Below the pieces are notes generated by a model, which searched no databases, was not told where the DNA came from, and worked only from the letters and a program-made list of their open reading frames with translations. A DNA stretch of 64,000 bases, from positions 124,001-188,000 of the forward strand of contig NW_026781490.1 in assembly GCF_030144855.1 (NCBI RefSeq). The letters are read 5' to 3'. Positions 36,853 through 49,580 of this stretch are shown piece after piece; the stretch's first letter is position 1, and the number at the start of each line of letters is the position of its first letter. The position numbers were made by a program, and so were the translations under genes. This stretch comes from Hypanus sabinus (taxonomy: Eukaryota).

Positions 36853-37809
36853 CTTCAAATTGAAAGATATTGAAGCATATTAACAATAACAAAGAGAACC
36901 AAACATTTCCGATTCATGTTATTAAGAACAAAACTCACTGAAATTTAAATATTGAAGGCAAATATACAGTAATGATCTCAGTGAGCAATCTTTTATTGTC
37001 CCACACACGTCACAAAACGATATGGAATCAGAAGGAGCCATCATTCAGTCATGGTCAGGCAGAAGGAACAGATTCAGATGATTCAATCCTTCTGATCTGC
37101 CCCATCATTCAACCATGGTTGATTTTTATTCCAACACCATATTCTTGCCTTCCTCCTGTAACCCTGTAGCTACTTAACAATCTTTAATGTATTAATCTCC
37201 CTCATAAATATACCCAAACGGCAGCCTCTACCAAACTTCACAAATTCCACACTTCAGACACCTTTTGGCCAAAAGATTTTTCTCAGCTGAATTTTAACAG
37301 GAGGTATTTTTATTCTGAGATGGTGCTGTCAAATCACAGACTCTCTGTCTAATGGAAACATCCTCTCCATGTACACTGTATCCAGGCTTTTTAGCATTCG
37401 GTATGTTTACTTAACCATACATCCCTCCACCACCCCCACCGTCCCTCTGAACTCCATCGAGCACAGGTCCGGAGACATCAAATGCTCCTCATAAATGAAG
37501 CCGATCGTTCCTGATATTATTCATGTTAACCTTGTTACCAACACGCCACGTGATCCTCCGTCACAAAGCGGAGGGCGGGGCGGATCTGCGGCACGCAGCC
37601 TCACGTGACCTGTTGGTTGGTCTCCCATTTCAATTCTGCGGAAACAGACAGCCTGGGCTCCTGGTTTGAATCGTTCAATGCAGATTAAGTGAAGTCGACA
37701 CATTTTTGCCGAGCCCATATAACTGGAAAATAAATGAGTAATTGGCCCTCAGTTCGGGGCTCACGGACAACATCGGACCTCCCTGCTCGGGATCAGTCTC
37801 AATACTCAC

Positions 37810-38065
37810 CATTAGGAAAGTGATATCTTCAGCCCGGAGACAGTAATCCAGAGCCCCGGCTCCCGGATATACGAGACGAGAAGCCTTTCTCGATCCCGCA
37901 GACTTCAGCACCGAGCGTTAAGGAATACACCGCACACCCGGAGACAGTGAGCATGCGCGAAGTGTGGTACGTCATCAGGAGGGCGGGGCCACAGAAACGG
38001 CAGCGCGATGTTGCCCACCTACGGTTTAATTGGGGGGGGGGGGGTAAACTGCATCACGTGACCGG
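37810..38065 (-). promoter_or_regulatory. Putative ZNF-B promoter and exon 1
   Basis: Donor ATG/GTGAGT at 37809, GAGCATGCGCG (about 37949), ACGTCA, GGGCGGGG, ATCACGTGAC. Confidence 0.62.
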
Positions 38066-38320
38066 TTTTGGTCTCCCACCCCAGAGAGATCCTGTTACCC
38101 GCTACTCTGTGGAAAGAAGCAAACTTGCCGCTCACATCTACTCTCACCTTAAATGTATTAGACATTTCAACCCCCAGGAAAAATATATCGTCTGTGTCCA
38201 CTCTGTCTATTCCTCTCGTAATCTTATAAATGTCCATCCAGTCTCACCCCAGCTTGCGCCGCTCCGGAGAAAACAACACAAGTTTGTCCAACCAGGTCGG
38301 GCTGCATCCGTCGAAACGAG

Positions 38321-38353
38321 CAGTCAACGTTTCGGGCCGAGACCCTTCGTCAG
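38321..38353 (-). ncRNA. Minimal type-I hammerhead ribozyme motif (Penelope-derived); core intact, stem I damaged
   Basis: Minus strand reads CUGACGA-AGGGUCUCGGCCC-GAAAC-GUU-GACUG. Confidence 0.65.
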
Positions 38354-38579
38354 TCCTGAGTTCCTCCAGAGTGTGTGTACGTGTTGATTTGACCACAGCA
38401 TCAGCAGTGTACTTTGTGTTCGTCCAATCTCTCGTTATAGCTCATGCCCTCTAATCCAGGCAGGGTCCTGGTAAAACTCTTCCCCGCCCTCTCCAAAGCC
38501 CCGACATCCTTCCGAGAATGGGGGCGACCAGAACTGTATGAAACACTCCAGATGTGGTCTAACTAGTTTTATAAAGCTG

Positions 38580-39334
38580 TGTTACGAACTGTGACGTTTT
38601 AGAAACGAACCAGCAGCAATAGATTTCACACTGGAGTCTGGTTTTGATGGTTAAAACACTGTTTATTAGTATTTACTTAAACATAGTAACTTAACGAAAG
38701 TTAACAGTGTTAAGTGGATATATGTGTAAATATAATTCCCCAGACTATCGAGCCTGAAGAAACAAAGCTTAGAGTCTTGAGATGGTAAAGTAGGAAAGTT
38801 CAGAAATCCACGGAATAAATGATGGGAGGGAGATATTTGTGATCCAGAGTGAAATGTAGAGAAAAGGCGGTTATTTCAAAATAACCGTCGACGAAGTTCT
38901 TATCCGTTGAATCCGTCCACATACGAGTTATCAGCGAAAATGAACTGTCACAGGAATACCGTCTTTCAGGGGTTACCAAACAATATACCCAGGCAAGGAT
39001 TAACACAAGATATTCCAAAACCCACTCCTATGGATTATACGAAGTGACAGCCACACACATTCGTTGTGGTTCCGTGTACCGATGATCAACCCATTCTTGT
39101 GGGCAGAGGAGAGTTCCAAGCCTCAGCTGCGACTAACTGAAGCTATCAGTTTTTCCAGTCTCTCTCTCTCTCTCTCTCTTTAGACTGGCCGACTGCCTGT
39201 CTGCAGATCGCTTTCTCTCTCTGATGGTTCAGTCCACAGTCAGCGCTGTCAGCCTGTGACTGACGTCATAGTCCCGCCTCCTCACGCCGGCGCTCTTAAA
39301 GAAACAGTCACAGTACGACCGCAGGCTCGTAACA
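38580..39334 (-). mobile_element. Gypsy-type solo LTR
   Basis: TGTTACGA...TCGTAACA; TSD GCTG/GCCG; empty paralogous site AAAGCTGCAACAC near 20477. Confidence 0.92.
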
Positions 39335-40429
39335 GCCGCAACACAACTTCCCGACTTTTGAACTCAGTGCTTCAACTAATAAAGACAACCATGCCATTTG
39401 CCTTCTTAACCATCCGATCAATCTGTGCAGTCTCTTTCAGGGAGCGATGAACTTGGAGTCTAAGATCCCTCTGATCATCGACACTGTTCAGGGTTTTGCA
39501 TTTAACAGTGTACTGTCTCATACATTCGACCTACCGAGCTGCCAAGATGATCATCACTAATCAAATCTCACTGAGATTTCTCAGGTCCTGTTGAATTTAT
39601 TGCCAAGTGCACAAGTACGGGAAGGTACAGGTACAGAGAAACACTGACTTGTGGCAGCATCACAGGCAAGTACTTTCAGATAACACACGGAACATAAATT
39701 ATACGATTCTCTGTCAGTAACAATCTATAAATATGTTTTATGTCATCAACAATATATAAAATACATTGCGTCATGATCACTATTAAAATGTGCATTTTGT
39801 GTCAATAACAGACTTGGAAATGTTGAATTTGGTCCCTGTCTCTCCATTCCTCCTGTAATCCACAACCAGCTCCATTGTTTTTGTCACAATGAGGGAGAGG
39901 TTGTTTTCTTGACACCACTGTGTCGGGGTGATGACTTCTCTGTACGCTGCCTCGTTATTAATTGGTATTCGGCCGATCAATGTAGTGTGGTCAGCAAATC
40001 TAATTAGCAGATTGGAACCCGCCACTGCAGCCCCACAGTGCACTATGTAGTGATTGCAAAGCTACGAAATTGCATGTGAATAGCCTCCCCTCCCTCAACT
40101 CCACTCTTTCTGCCTCACCAGCAGACTGGGACATCTCACATCTCGCTGCCTCCGCCAGGACATTAAACTGTGAACAACTGTGGTCAGGGACTGATCTCTG
40201 GGGTACTCCAAACGCTACCCCCTTCCAGTCTGAAAATGACCCACTCATCCAGCCACACACTACCGGCAGTTTATCGACCTCCAACGAAAAAGACTAATCA
40301 CCTACTCCTGAGGGTCAATACCAATGCTAACTCTGAGTTTACCACCGTCAAATGCCGGGAGGGACATAATAATCAGAAAGTCTCCAGTCACAGCCGTGTA
40401 AATAAAATGTGATCTCAGTGGGTGTGTGG

Positions 40430-41400
40430 CGCATGCTCAGAACGCGAAGGAGACAGACAGACTGAGCCAAGTCACAGACTGATGAAGGGGAGGAATGATC
40501 CATTTTGATACAAAGAGGGAGGCAGAGAGTTTGATATTGTTCCTGATGCCGGAACTGTGGCCAGTTAGAAGATGAAGTCTTGTCCCCCCAAGTTGTTTTG
40601 AGTTGTGACAGTGTTTTTCTCAGAAGGCACCATGGAAACTAAATAATCTGAGTGGAAATATTGTCCTTCACCTACCGACGTGCTTTGTAAGCTTTTAACA
40701 GTGTAGAAAAGACAAAGGATTTGTGTATGGGAATCACAAGCACAACAGCTCGTTAGTTCTGCTGTATCTGTCAGTTCACCAGCGCTTGAATGCCGCCGAT
40801 CCTTGAATGTGGAGGCGGAGATGCTGGAGAAGTCAGCGCCCCATTCGCTACAAGGAGAGCCCGAACATGTGTCCATGTCCGTGATCTGATTGGATACATC
40901 GCCATGACGTTGATAGCACTGTGACGTCATTCACTGGCTCTCATTTTGGAAAGGATTCCGTCGGCCATCGCAGATACACCAACAGCTTCGCTCTGGGAAG
41001 CGGCCGTTCACCTGCTCCGTGTGTGTAAAGAGACTCATTCAGTTAACCCACCTTGTGATGCTCCGGTGAGTTCACAATAAATAGAGGCCACATTTCTGTC
41101 CGGAGTGAGCAAAGAGTTTTCCTCAATCATCCCAGCTGCGGCAACACCAGGAACTTCACATCAGGGAGGAAGTTCAAATCAGCTCCGTGTTAAATGTTTA
41201 ACCATCATGGCGACTGAAGGCAGCTGCAGGTTCATGAGGGACTGTTACTGTCAGATTCTGCAGTTCTTGCGGCTGCTCATCGCACCCAGGACTGAACCCT
41301 GGTCACTGAGCATTGGAGGAGTCCGTTCTGCTGATGTCAGCCTTAAACTAGACTGATGTTTAATATTGTGGATATGTGAATGATAAATCAGTTCTGTATC
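40430..41400 (+). pseudogene. Finger-less ZNF relic 1
   Basis: Homologs of the pre-exon block, acceptor (TTTTAACAG, 40701), exon 5' end, one finger stub ([18 protein letters not shown], about 41002) and the ZNF-B 3' UTR (about 41180-41340). Confidence 0.7.
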
Positions 41401-41569
41401 AAATCCCGTGTCTCGCTTGAGAGGCCACTCAGCCCAGCTGGTCCCTGCCCATATTTCTGTTCCATATCAGTGTATGAAAATCTACCCCCGCCGTTTCCCT
41501 CTCACTCTCCCTGAGATGACAGGTTGCATCTAGTCACCACTCCGTAGGATAGGAGATTTCCCTTGAATG

Positions 41570-41925
41570 TCATAGAATCACAGAAATCTACAACATATTA
41601 TCGATACTTTGTCCCACAATGTTGTACCGACCATGTAACTTAGTCTAGAAATTGCTTAGAATTACCCTACCGCATAGCCATCTATTTTCCTAAGCTCCAT
41701 GTACCTATCTTAACAGACCCTTTTGTATCCGCCTCTACTACCGTCGCTGGCGGTGCATTCCACACACACGCCACTCTTTGTTTAAAAAACTTAGCTCTGA
41801 CATGTCCTCTGTACCTACTTCCAAGCAGCTTAAACCTATTCGCCCTCGTGTTAGCCGTTTCAGCCCTGGGAAAAAGCCTCTGACTATCCACACGACCAAT
41901 GCCTCTCATCATCTTATACACCTGC
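41570..41925 (-). mobile_element. CR1 3' end
   Basis: VYKMMRGIGRVD...FFKQRVACVWNAPP; paralog at about 60025-60390. Confidence 0.8.
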
Positions 41926-42105
41926 ATGAATTTCCTGCATGATTTTCTCCGGGCTGAACAAGACGATGATCTCACTGTGGTTGTGACGTTCTTCAGGGCT
42001 CCGGACGAAATTGGTTAAACTCCTTCTTACCCGCTCTTTTCAACGTTTTGGGTCATTTTCACCAATTATAAAGGATTGTGCCTCAGACAGCTGGGTTGTT
42101 GCAAT

Positions 42106-42887
42106 TGTTACGTGCCAGCAGCAATAGATCACTAACGGAGTCTGGTTTCGATGTTAAAACCACTCTCTTCATTAGTATAGTGACGGGGTCCTGAATTACC
42201 CCTATGAACTGTGTTTTTGAAAAGAGAGAGGGAGATGTTCAACACCGGACACACAGAGAGGGAGGGAGGGAAGGTGGACAGAGAGTGAGAGAGAGAGAGA
42301 GAGTTAGAGAGGAAGACTGCTCGGAGACAGTGTTATGGTTTCTCTGCAAGCTTGTTGACACTTTTACAAGGACACTGTCAGCTTCTGTGTTCTTACAGAG
42401 AGAGAAGGGAGGAACTGTTTGATGGACAGCTGGGGCTCAGCACGGTGAGATAAGTAGGAGGTCCGCTGATAGACCTCCAGACACATGGTTTTGGACACTG
42501 AATGAGCTTTGTTGTGTCCACAGAAAAAGTTGGGCTTTGGAGGATCGATCAGGAGCATCGATCAGTGGCTCTCGCAGTGTGAAAAGGCTGTGACCGGTGG
42601 GGAGTTATTCGTGTGTCCATCCCTCGCCTGGGTTAATAACTCCACCACAGAAGAACGGTATCGTTTGTAGTGTCACAGTCGGTGACTTCCAAAGGATTTC
42701 GGAGGACGAAGGGACTATCGACGGCGTCAGCTTACCCGAAGACTCAAAACTCTCCCTCTCTCTCTCTCCATCACTACCCGACTCAATCCCACGAACTGAA
42801 CCGAACTTCACTCATCACCGGAAGACGGTATCCATTCACCCCGAGGCGTGAAGAAGCTTGGCTTTCCTATTTCCACACACACAGACA

Positions 42888-42965
<78 letters not shown>

Positions 42966-43506
42966 TATTGCTAATCTGTTTGATATATCTGCATTTATAT
43001 TGCTGTATAGCGTAGTTACTAATAAAGGGAATGTAGAGAGAAGGCAATTACGAAGAATTCCACACACATTCCACGCTTGATAGACGAAATAACAGTCGCC
43101 AAAGATCTTATCCGTCGATTAGCTCCGAAATCCACTTAGAAATATCACCAGGTGACAGTCACAGGAATATCGTCTTCAAGTGATTACCACAGAACACCCC
43201 GATTCCAGGTAAGGACCAACAAAAGTAATACCACAGGATACTCCAGCAAATCCACACATATGGATGATACGAACTGACAGTCACACATCCGTTGTGCACT
43301 GCGTGCCGATGAACAGATCAACCCAACCTTTTGGGCATGGAAGAGTTGCAGTCTATAGCAGTCACACGCTGAATTTCCAATAACTTGTCTCCCTCTCCCG
43401 CTCCCGCTCCCTCAGGCTGCCGCAGCTTGTGTCTGATGTCACAGCCCCGCCTCACTCAGCCACTTAAAGCGACACTCACAGTAAACGAACCTGCGGTCTC
43501 GTAACA
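42106..43506 (-). mobile_element. Gypsy-type solo LTR containing a nested opposite-strand LTR-like insert (about 42180-43026)
   Basis: TGTTACG...CGTAACA with perfect CAAT TSD; empty site TTGCAATGCGC near 60564. Confidence 0.88.
42889..42963. repeat. (CA)n microsatellite
   Basis: Seen directly. Confidence 0.98.
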
Positions 43507-44019
43507 CAATGCACCTCTAAAGTCTGACAGCAGACTAACGAGTGAATCTTCGATGGTGCAGTGTCAGAAACCGAAGATTTGCCAGCCAGAGTCAGGGGCT
43601 CCAGAGAGAGATGGGGTCCAGAGGAGGAGGACGAATAAGACCAGCACGATGTGGTTAAAAGTGAAAGATTAGAAGCATGTGGAAACTGGTTGATCGAAAA
43701 AAAAGGTGGTTAATTTCTGCAAAACACAGGTGGAAATCAACAGATAAGGCAGAAATTTTGGAGAGGAATACATAGAAAATGTTTTCTCAGTATTTCCAGC
43801 AACTGCAGAATCTCCTGTTTTATATCTGCATTTTACTTTGGCATTAGATACACGTTGATATTGAGTATATTGCTTATGGGAGCCGCTTTCTGCGTTAAAA
43901 CAGCTGCAGATTTTTTCTATACCCAAGATAAAAAAAATGAGGTATGGATATTGAAATGGTGCTTGCAGAAATGTTTAATGGCACCGTGATTACCCATAGG
44001 GCAATTCGTTAAGAATTTC

Positions 44020-44131
44020 GCCGGCGCTGAAGCGCCGATGAAATGCGCAGGCGTCAGGCTGAGGACGTCCCTGAGTTTCACGCATGCGCGCAGTGCACAG
44101 AAGGCTTTGAAAATGTCGGTTGCAGGTAAGA
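44020..44131 (+). promoter_or_regulatory. Putative ZNF-C promoter and exon 1
   Basis: ATGCGCAGGCG and ACGCATGCGCGCA NRF1-like sites; donor CAG/GTAAGA at 44126; paralog at 61195-61321. Confidence 0.55.
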
Positions 44132-44456
44132 GCGATTAATTGTGTTTTTATCTTAAATACCGACTTCAGGATAATTCCTCTGAATTTCGGACACCGTGGG
44201 CAGCAATCCCGGGACAATCCTGCCCTCTTCCCTCTCTCTCAGCTCCACGATCCGTATACGGGCCCCGGGGAGCTTCCGGCTGATGAGGGAATGGGAACCG
44301 ATGGATCTCTCAGACAGAGCAGAGCTCCAGCTATCTAAATGCAAGGATTAGGAACTCGGAGAAAGGGAACAAAATCTTTTACATCAGCAGTTGAGAAAAT
44401 CACCTTTGTTCTACCTCCAACACAAACAAGAGAAAATCTGCAGATGCTGGAATTCC

Positions 44457-44558
44457 AAGCAACACACACAAAATGTCGGAGGAACTCAGCATTAGTACTC
44501 TTTTCCGTAGATGCTGCCTGGCCTGCTGAGTTCCTCCAGTATTTTGTGTGTGTTGCTT
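44457..44558. repeat. Penelope-derived inverted repeat with about 35-bp arms
   Basis: AAGCAACACACACAAAATGTCGGAGGAACTCAGCA ... TGCTGAGTTCCTCCAGTATTTTGTGTGTGTTGCTT; paralog at 61591-61694. Confidence 0.8.
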
Positions 44559-45616
44559 CCTCTACCTCCTCTTGCTCTGGACTTTTATACACGTGAGGAC
44601 ATGTTTTGTCCCATTCTCTCTGGGTACGTAATGATATCAAACACCTTTGCCCTGGGCAACAAGTAGCTTTCGCATCACAAATGTGCCAGACTCCAGTGAG
44701 ACAGAAAGACTACTGCCCTTCCCTTCGTATTCATTGGGATTTCATTCACTGAGTTCACCACCGTCAGTCATTGGGGACGGGTTCAGGGGGAATATATATG
44801 TAGAACACAGAAACTAGTGATGCCTGTTTGCATTTTGGTGATGCAAAAGTTGCTGGAGAATTTGCAAGTGGGAAGAAGTGGAGTGATATTTGGGAATCTG
44901 ACTTCTTAAAGTTTAATTTAGCAAGCAAACCACATATGGACAATGTGCAAAAGCTTTGGTGAGAAACTCCTGCATTTCCTGTTACAGGCCTGCTACATAG
45001 GTTGTGTGAGAGTGCAGATGAACTCGATCAAACCCAGAGGAGATTAAAGTTCCTATTGACAGTGATTTGCTAGCTGTCACTGGGTAAAAAATACACAGTC
45101 CAAGATTTATCTGTACACTGGTTATTACAAATTAGAGGGGTATTGGAGGGAAGGAGGGGAGACCTGCGGTGTCCCTGATGCCCTCCCCTACAAGATGTGC
45201 ATCCAGCTGCAACTTGTAACCCTGCACTTCAATGAGCTGCTTGAAGTGGGTGAATTCCATATCATCCAGCAGTTGGAGGGGGTGATAGATATGACATGAA
45301 GAGAGGTGAGTTACTCCCAAGGTGCAGGACACAGGAAACTGGGTGAGAGTCAGGAAGGGGAATGAGGTTAAATAGGCATCGCAGAGTACACTTGTGGCCA
45401 TTTCACACAACAACAGGTGGACCACTTCAGAAGCTGTGGGGGTAATTACCTGGCAGATGAAAGTCAAAAGACTGATAGGGGTTTTGTTAGTTAGAGGAAC
45501 AGAACAAGAGGGGCAAATATCCTAGTGGTAAGACTTGCTAGTGGTAGTGAGCAGGGGAGGGGGTGATGTGGTTAAAATAAGTTGAAGAATGACAGAACAG
45601 ATAGTGGAGAGGGTGA

Positions 45617-45960
45617 ATTGAATTGACTTTATTAAATACATATTTCATAAACATGAGTAGTAATATTTACCTTACATCATCTAAATGGGCAATGTTTCAT
45701 TTATAGTAATTTATAATAGATAGTTTGTACATAGGACAGTCAATACAACATCGAAATGCAATTGTATCAGCATGAATTAATCAGTCTGATGGCCTGGTGG
45801 AAGATGATGTCCCGGGGCCTGTTGCTCCTTTTGCTGTGGTACCATTTCCTGGATGATAGCAGCAGGAACAGTTTGTGGTTGTGGTGAATTGGGCCTGTTT
45901 GTCGCTGATATTCGTTGGGCCCTTTTTACACACCTGTCTGTGTAAATGTACTGAATCATG
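45617..45960 (-). mobile_element. Rex1/Babar-type LINE 3' fragment
   Basis: Inverted paralog of about 8140-8487. Confidence 0.75.
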
Positions 45961-46869
45961 GAAAGTAGATTGTGCAATGTATAATTTCCTTGTTTATATT
46001 TAGAGACATTTTTTGGTGTATAAAATGATGAGGGGTATTGAGCGTGTGAGTGGCCAGAGAAGTGTTTTTTCCCCCAGGGTTGAAATGGTTAATGCCGCTT
46101 TTCCACACTCCCATAGACCCTTTGTCCATCTCCTAGGTAAATAGAGTTTGAAAAATATTTAAGATCTCCTCCATCTGCTTTGGTTCCACACGTGGATTGC
46201 CATTCTGGACTTCCAAAGGACCAACTTTGTGCCTTGCAATCCTTTTGCTCCTAATCTATCACTGGAATCCCTGAGGATTATCCTTCATCTCTTCTGTGAC
46301 AGCAACCTCATGCCATCTTTTAGCCATCCTGATTGATTTCTTATGTGTTCTGTTGCATTTCTTATACTCCATAAGGAACTGACTGCCTATCCCTGTTATG
46401 TAATTCCATTTTGTGCTTTACCAGGGTCTGAATATCTCTTGCAATTCAAGTTTCCCTACAGTTTCTATCTTTACCTTTTATTCTGACATACCCGCTTACT
46501 AATTTCAAAATTTTGCTTTGAAGGCCTCCCATTTACCAAGCACACCTTTGCCATAAAGCAGCCTGTCCCAGTCCACAGTTGCCAGATCCTAGTGTTGATT
46601 CCAGGTATTGATCCATGCCCTGAACACATCCGCCTTTCCTACGCTGCTCCTTGTATTGAAATATACAGGGCTCAGCATATTCACTGCACCACGCTCAACT
46701 TTTTCATTCCTGACTTTGTCTGAGGCCTGAACAACATCTGTCTCCACAAATTCTCCACTCTCTGTTCTGTTATTCAGGCTCCCATTCCCCCTGCAACTTT
46801 AGTTTAACCCTCCTTACCCCCATCTCCCACCATGCAGATCTATCACCCCTTTGGCTTTCCTCTCCCAGA

Positions 46870-48670
46870 TCAATAAAAAGGAAGTGCATACCAGGTACAG
46901 GCAGTTAGGAACAAATGGGGTACTTACGAAATACAGGAAATTCAAGTGAACACTTACGAAAGAAATAAAAGAAGGCATGAGGTTGCCCCAGCAGACAAGG
47001 TGAAGGAGAATCCTCAGGGATTCTGCAGATATGTTAAGAGCAAAAATATTGCAAGGGAAAAAATTAATTCTCTGGAAGATCAGAATGGTAATCCATATGA
47101 AAGGATAACATAGACTTGGGGAGATTTTTTTTGCATCCGTATTTACTCAAGAGATGAACACAGAGTCTATTGAAGTGAGGCAAAGCCGCATCAACTTCAT
47201 GGACCCTGTACAGATTACAGAGGTGGAGGGGTTTGCTGTCTTGAGGCAAATTATTGTGCATCAATCCCCAGGGCCTGACAAGTTGTTCACTAGGACCCTG
47301 CGGAAGACAAGTGCAGAAATTATCGGGGCCTAAACACAGATATTTGAATCATCCTTAGTGACAGGTGAGGTACTCGAAGATTGGAGGACAGACAATGTTG
47401 TTCTGATGTTCAAGAAAGGCTGTAAAAAGAAACTAGGAAATTATACGTTGGTGGGCTTGACATCAGAACTGGGAAAGTTATTGGAATGTGTGTGCAGGAA
47501 CCAGGTATATACTGTAAGTATTTGGATAGGTGTGGACTGATAAAGGATAGACAGCATGGCTCTCGCCAATCTTATAGAGTCTCTCAAGGAAGTTATCAGG
47601 GAAGTGGATGAAGGCAAGGCAGTGGATGTTGTCTACATGGACTTCAGCAAGGCACTTGACAAAGTCTCATATGGGAGGTTGGTCAAGAAGGTTCGGTCAC
47701 TCAGCGTCTAGTGGCTGCCACAGGGATCAGTGCTGGATCTGTTGTTGTTTGTCAGTCTATATCAGTAATCTGGATGATCGTGTGGTTAACTGAATCAGCA
47801 AATTTGTGTATGACAATAAGACAGGGGGTTCAGTGGAGTGCAAGAAGACTATCATGGCTTGCAGTGCAATCTGGACCAGGTGGGAAAATGGTTTTAGAAA
47901 TGGAAAATGGAATTTAATGCAGTCTAGTATGAGTTGTTGCACTTTGGTCTGACCTACCAAGGGAGATCTTTCAGAGTGAATGGTCGGGCACGGAGGAGTG
48001 TTGTGGATGAAAGGGACCTGGGAATACAAGTCCTTAATTCACTGAAAGTGGTATCACAGGTAGATAGGGATGGAAAGAATGATTTCAGCCCATTGCCCTT
48101 CATGAACCAAAGTACTGATAACAATAGATGGATGTTCTGTTGACTTCTAGAAGACATTGGCGAGGCCTAATTTGGAGTATTGTGTACAGTTTTGGTCACC
48201 TACCTACAGGAAAGTTGTAAAAGAAGTTCAGAGATTTCAGAGAAAATTCACAAGGATGTTGCCATGTCTGGAGGACTTGGGTTATAAGGAAATATTGAAC
48301 AAATCCGGACTTCATTCCTTGGAATGCAGATGATTGAGGGGAGATTTGATTGTGATAGAGAGGCACAGATAGTGTTAATGCAAACTGGCTTGTTCCATGA
48401 AGATTGGGTGGGACAACAACCAGAGACCATGTGTTAAGGGTGAAAGGTGAAATGTTGAGGGGAACATGAGGGGAAACTTCTTCACACAGACGGTCATCCG
48501 GCTGTGGAATGAGCAGCCAGCACAAGTGGTGCATGTGAGCTCGACTTCAACATTTAAGAGGTTTGTGTTGGTACCTGGATGGTAGAGGTGTGGGAGTGGG
48601 CTGTTTAAATAGTTCAGCACAAACTAGATGGCCCAAAGTGCCTGTTTCTATGTTGAAATTTTCTATGATT
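46870..48670 (+). mobile_element. Long decayed CR1 ORF2 and 3' end
   Basis: EDWRTDNVVLMFKKG, VDVVYMDFSKA and LEYCVQFWSP remnants. Confidence 0.85.
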
Positions 48671-49580
48671 GTGACAAGAACCTGAAATAATACAAAAATT
48701 CACTCTAACCCCTTTTGACAGCTGTGTGAACCAACCAGTCATTTCAGCAGGAATTTTTTATATGGCGTTAAAACTGTGGCACTTTAAGTTAATAATACAT
48801 AAAAGAAGATTCCAGCTGCAAGTCAAGAAAAACTATTTGTGTGAGAGTGTTTCAGTTACTGAGGGGCCAGGAACCCATGCAGCTCAGTGGGAACAGGGAA
48901 TAATACCAACGGAGAGAGTCAAACTGAGCCAGGTCACAGATTGGAGATGGCAGAAATGCCCCATTCTTATAGAGACAGGAAGAGCATCAAGGAATTGATG
49001 GTCATTCCAGATACCAGCACTCTGCCCAGTCAGGAGTTGATTTCTCTCTCCAGCTTGGGTAGAACCTCACTGTAACAGTGTGATACCAGATCAAACCTTG
49101 GCAACTCAAGTAATCTCATCAGAAATGTTGTCCTACACCCATTGATGGATTTTGTAAATCTTTTTACAGGTTGAAAATGAGAAGGAATTCGTCTTCAGGA
49201 AGCTCAAACACGGCACAACAGTTTTGTTGTCTCTGTCTAGATATTTAAGAAGTGGAGCAAGGGATCCAATTGACCACCCTTCCTGCTCAGACTGTGGGGA
49301 GGGATTCTCTCGGTCATTTGACCAACTGGCACACCTGTACTTTACACAGGGGAGAGACCTTTCACCTGTTCAGACAGTGGGAATGGATTCACTCGGTTAT
49401 CACAATTGAATGTACATCAGCAAGTTCACACTGGACAAGGCCATTCACCTGTTCTGTGTGTGAGAAGGGGTTCAATCGGCCTTCCCACCTGTGGACACAC
49501 CAGTCAGTTCACACCACACCGGGCAGAGGCTTGTCATCTGCTGCATTTCTGGGAAAGGATTCACTCGGTCATTTGACCTG

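Noticed and set aside
42670-43080. ORFs with HT or CV dipeptide runs (also 57718-57979)
   Set aside because: They are translations of CA/TG microsatellites.
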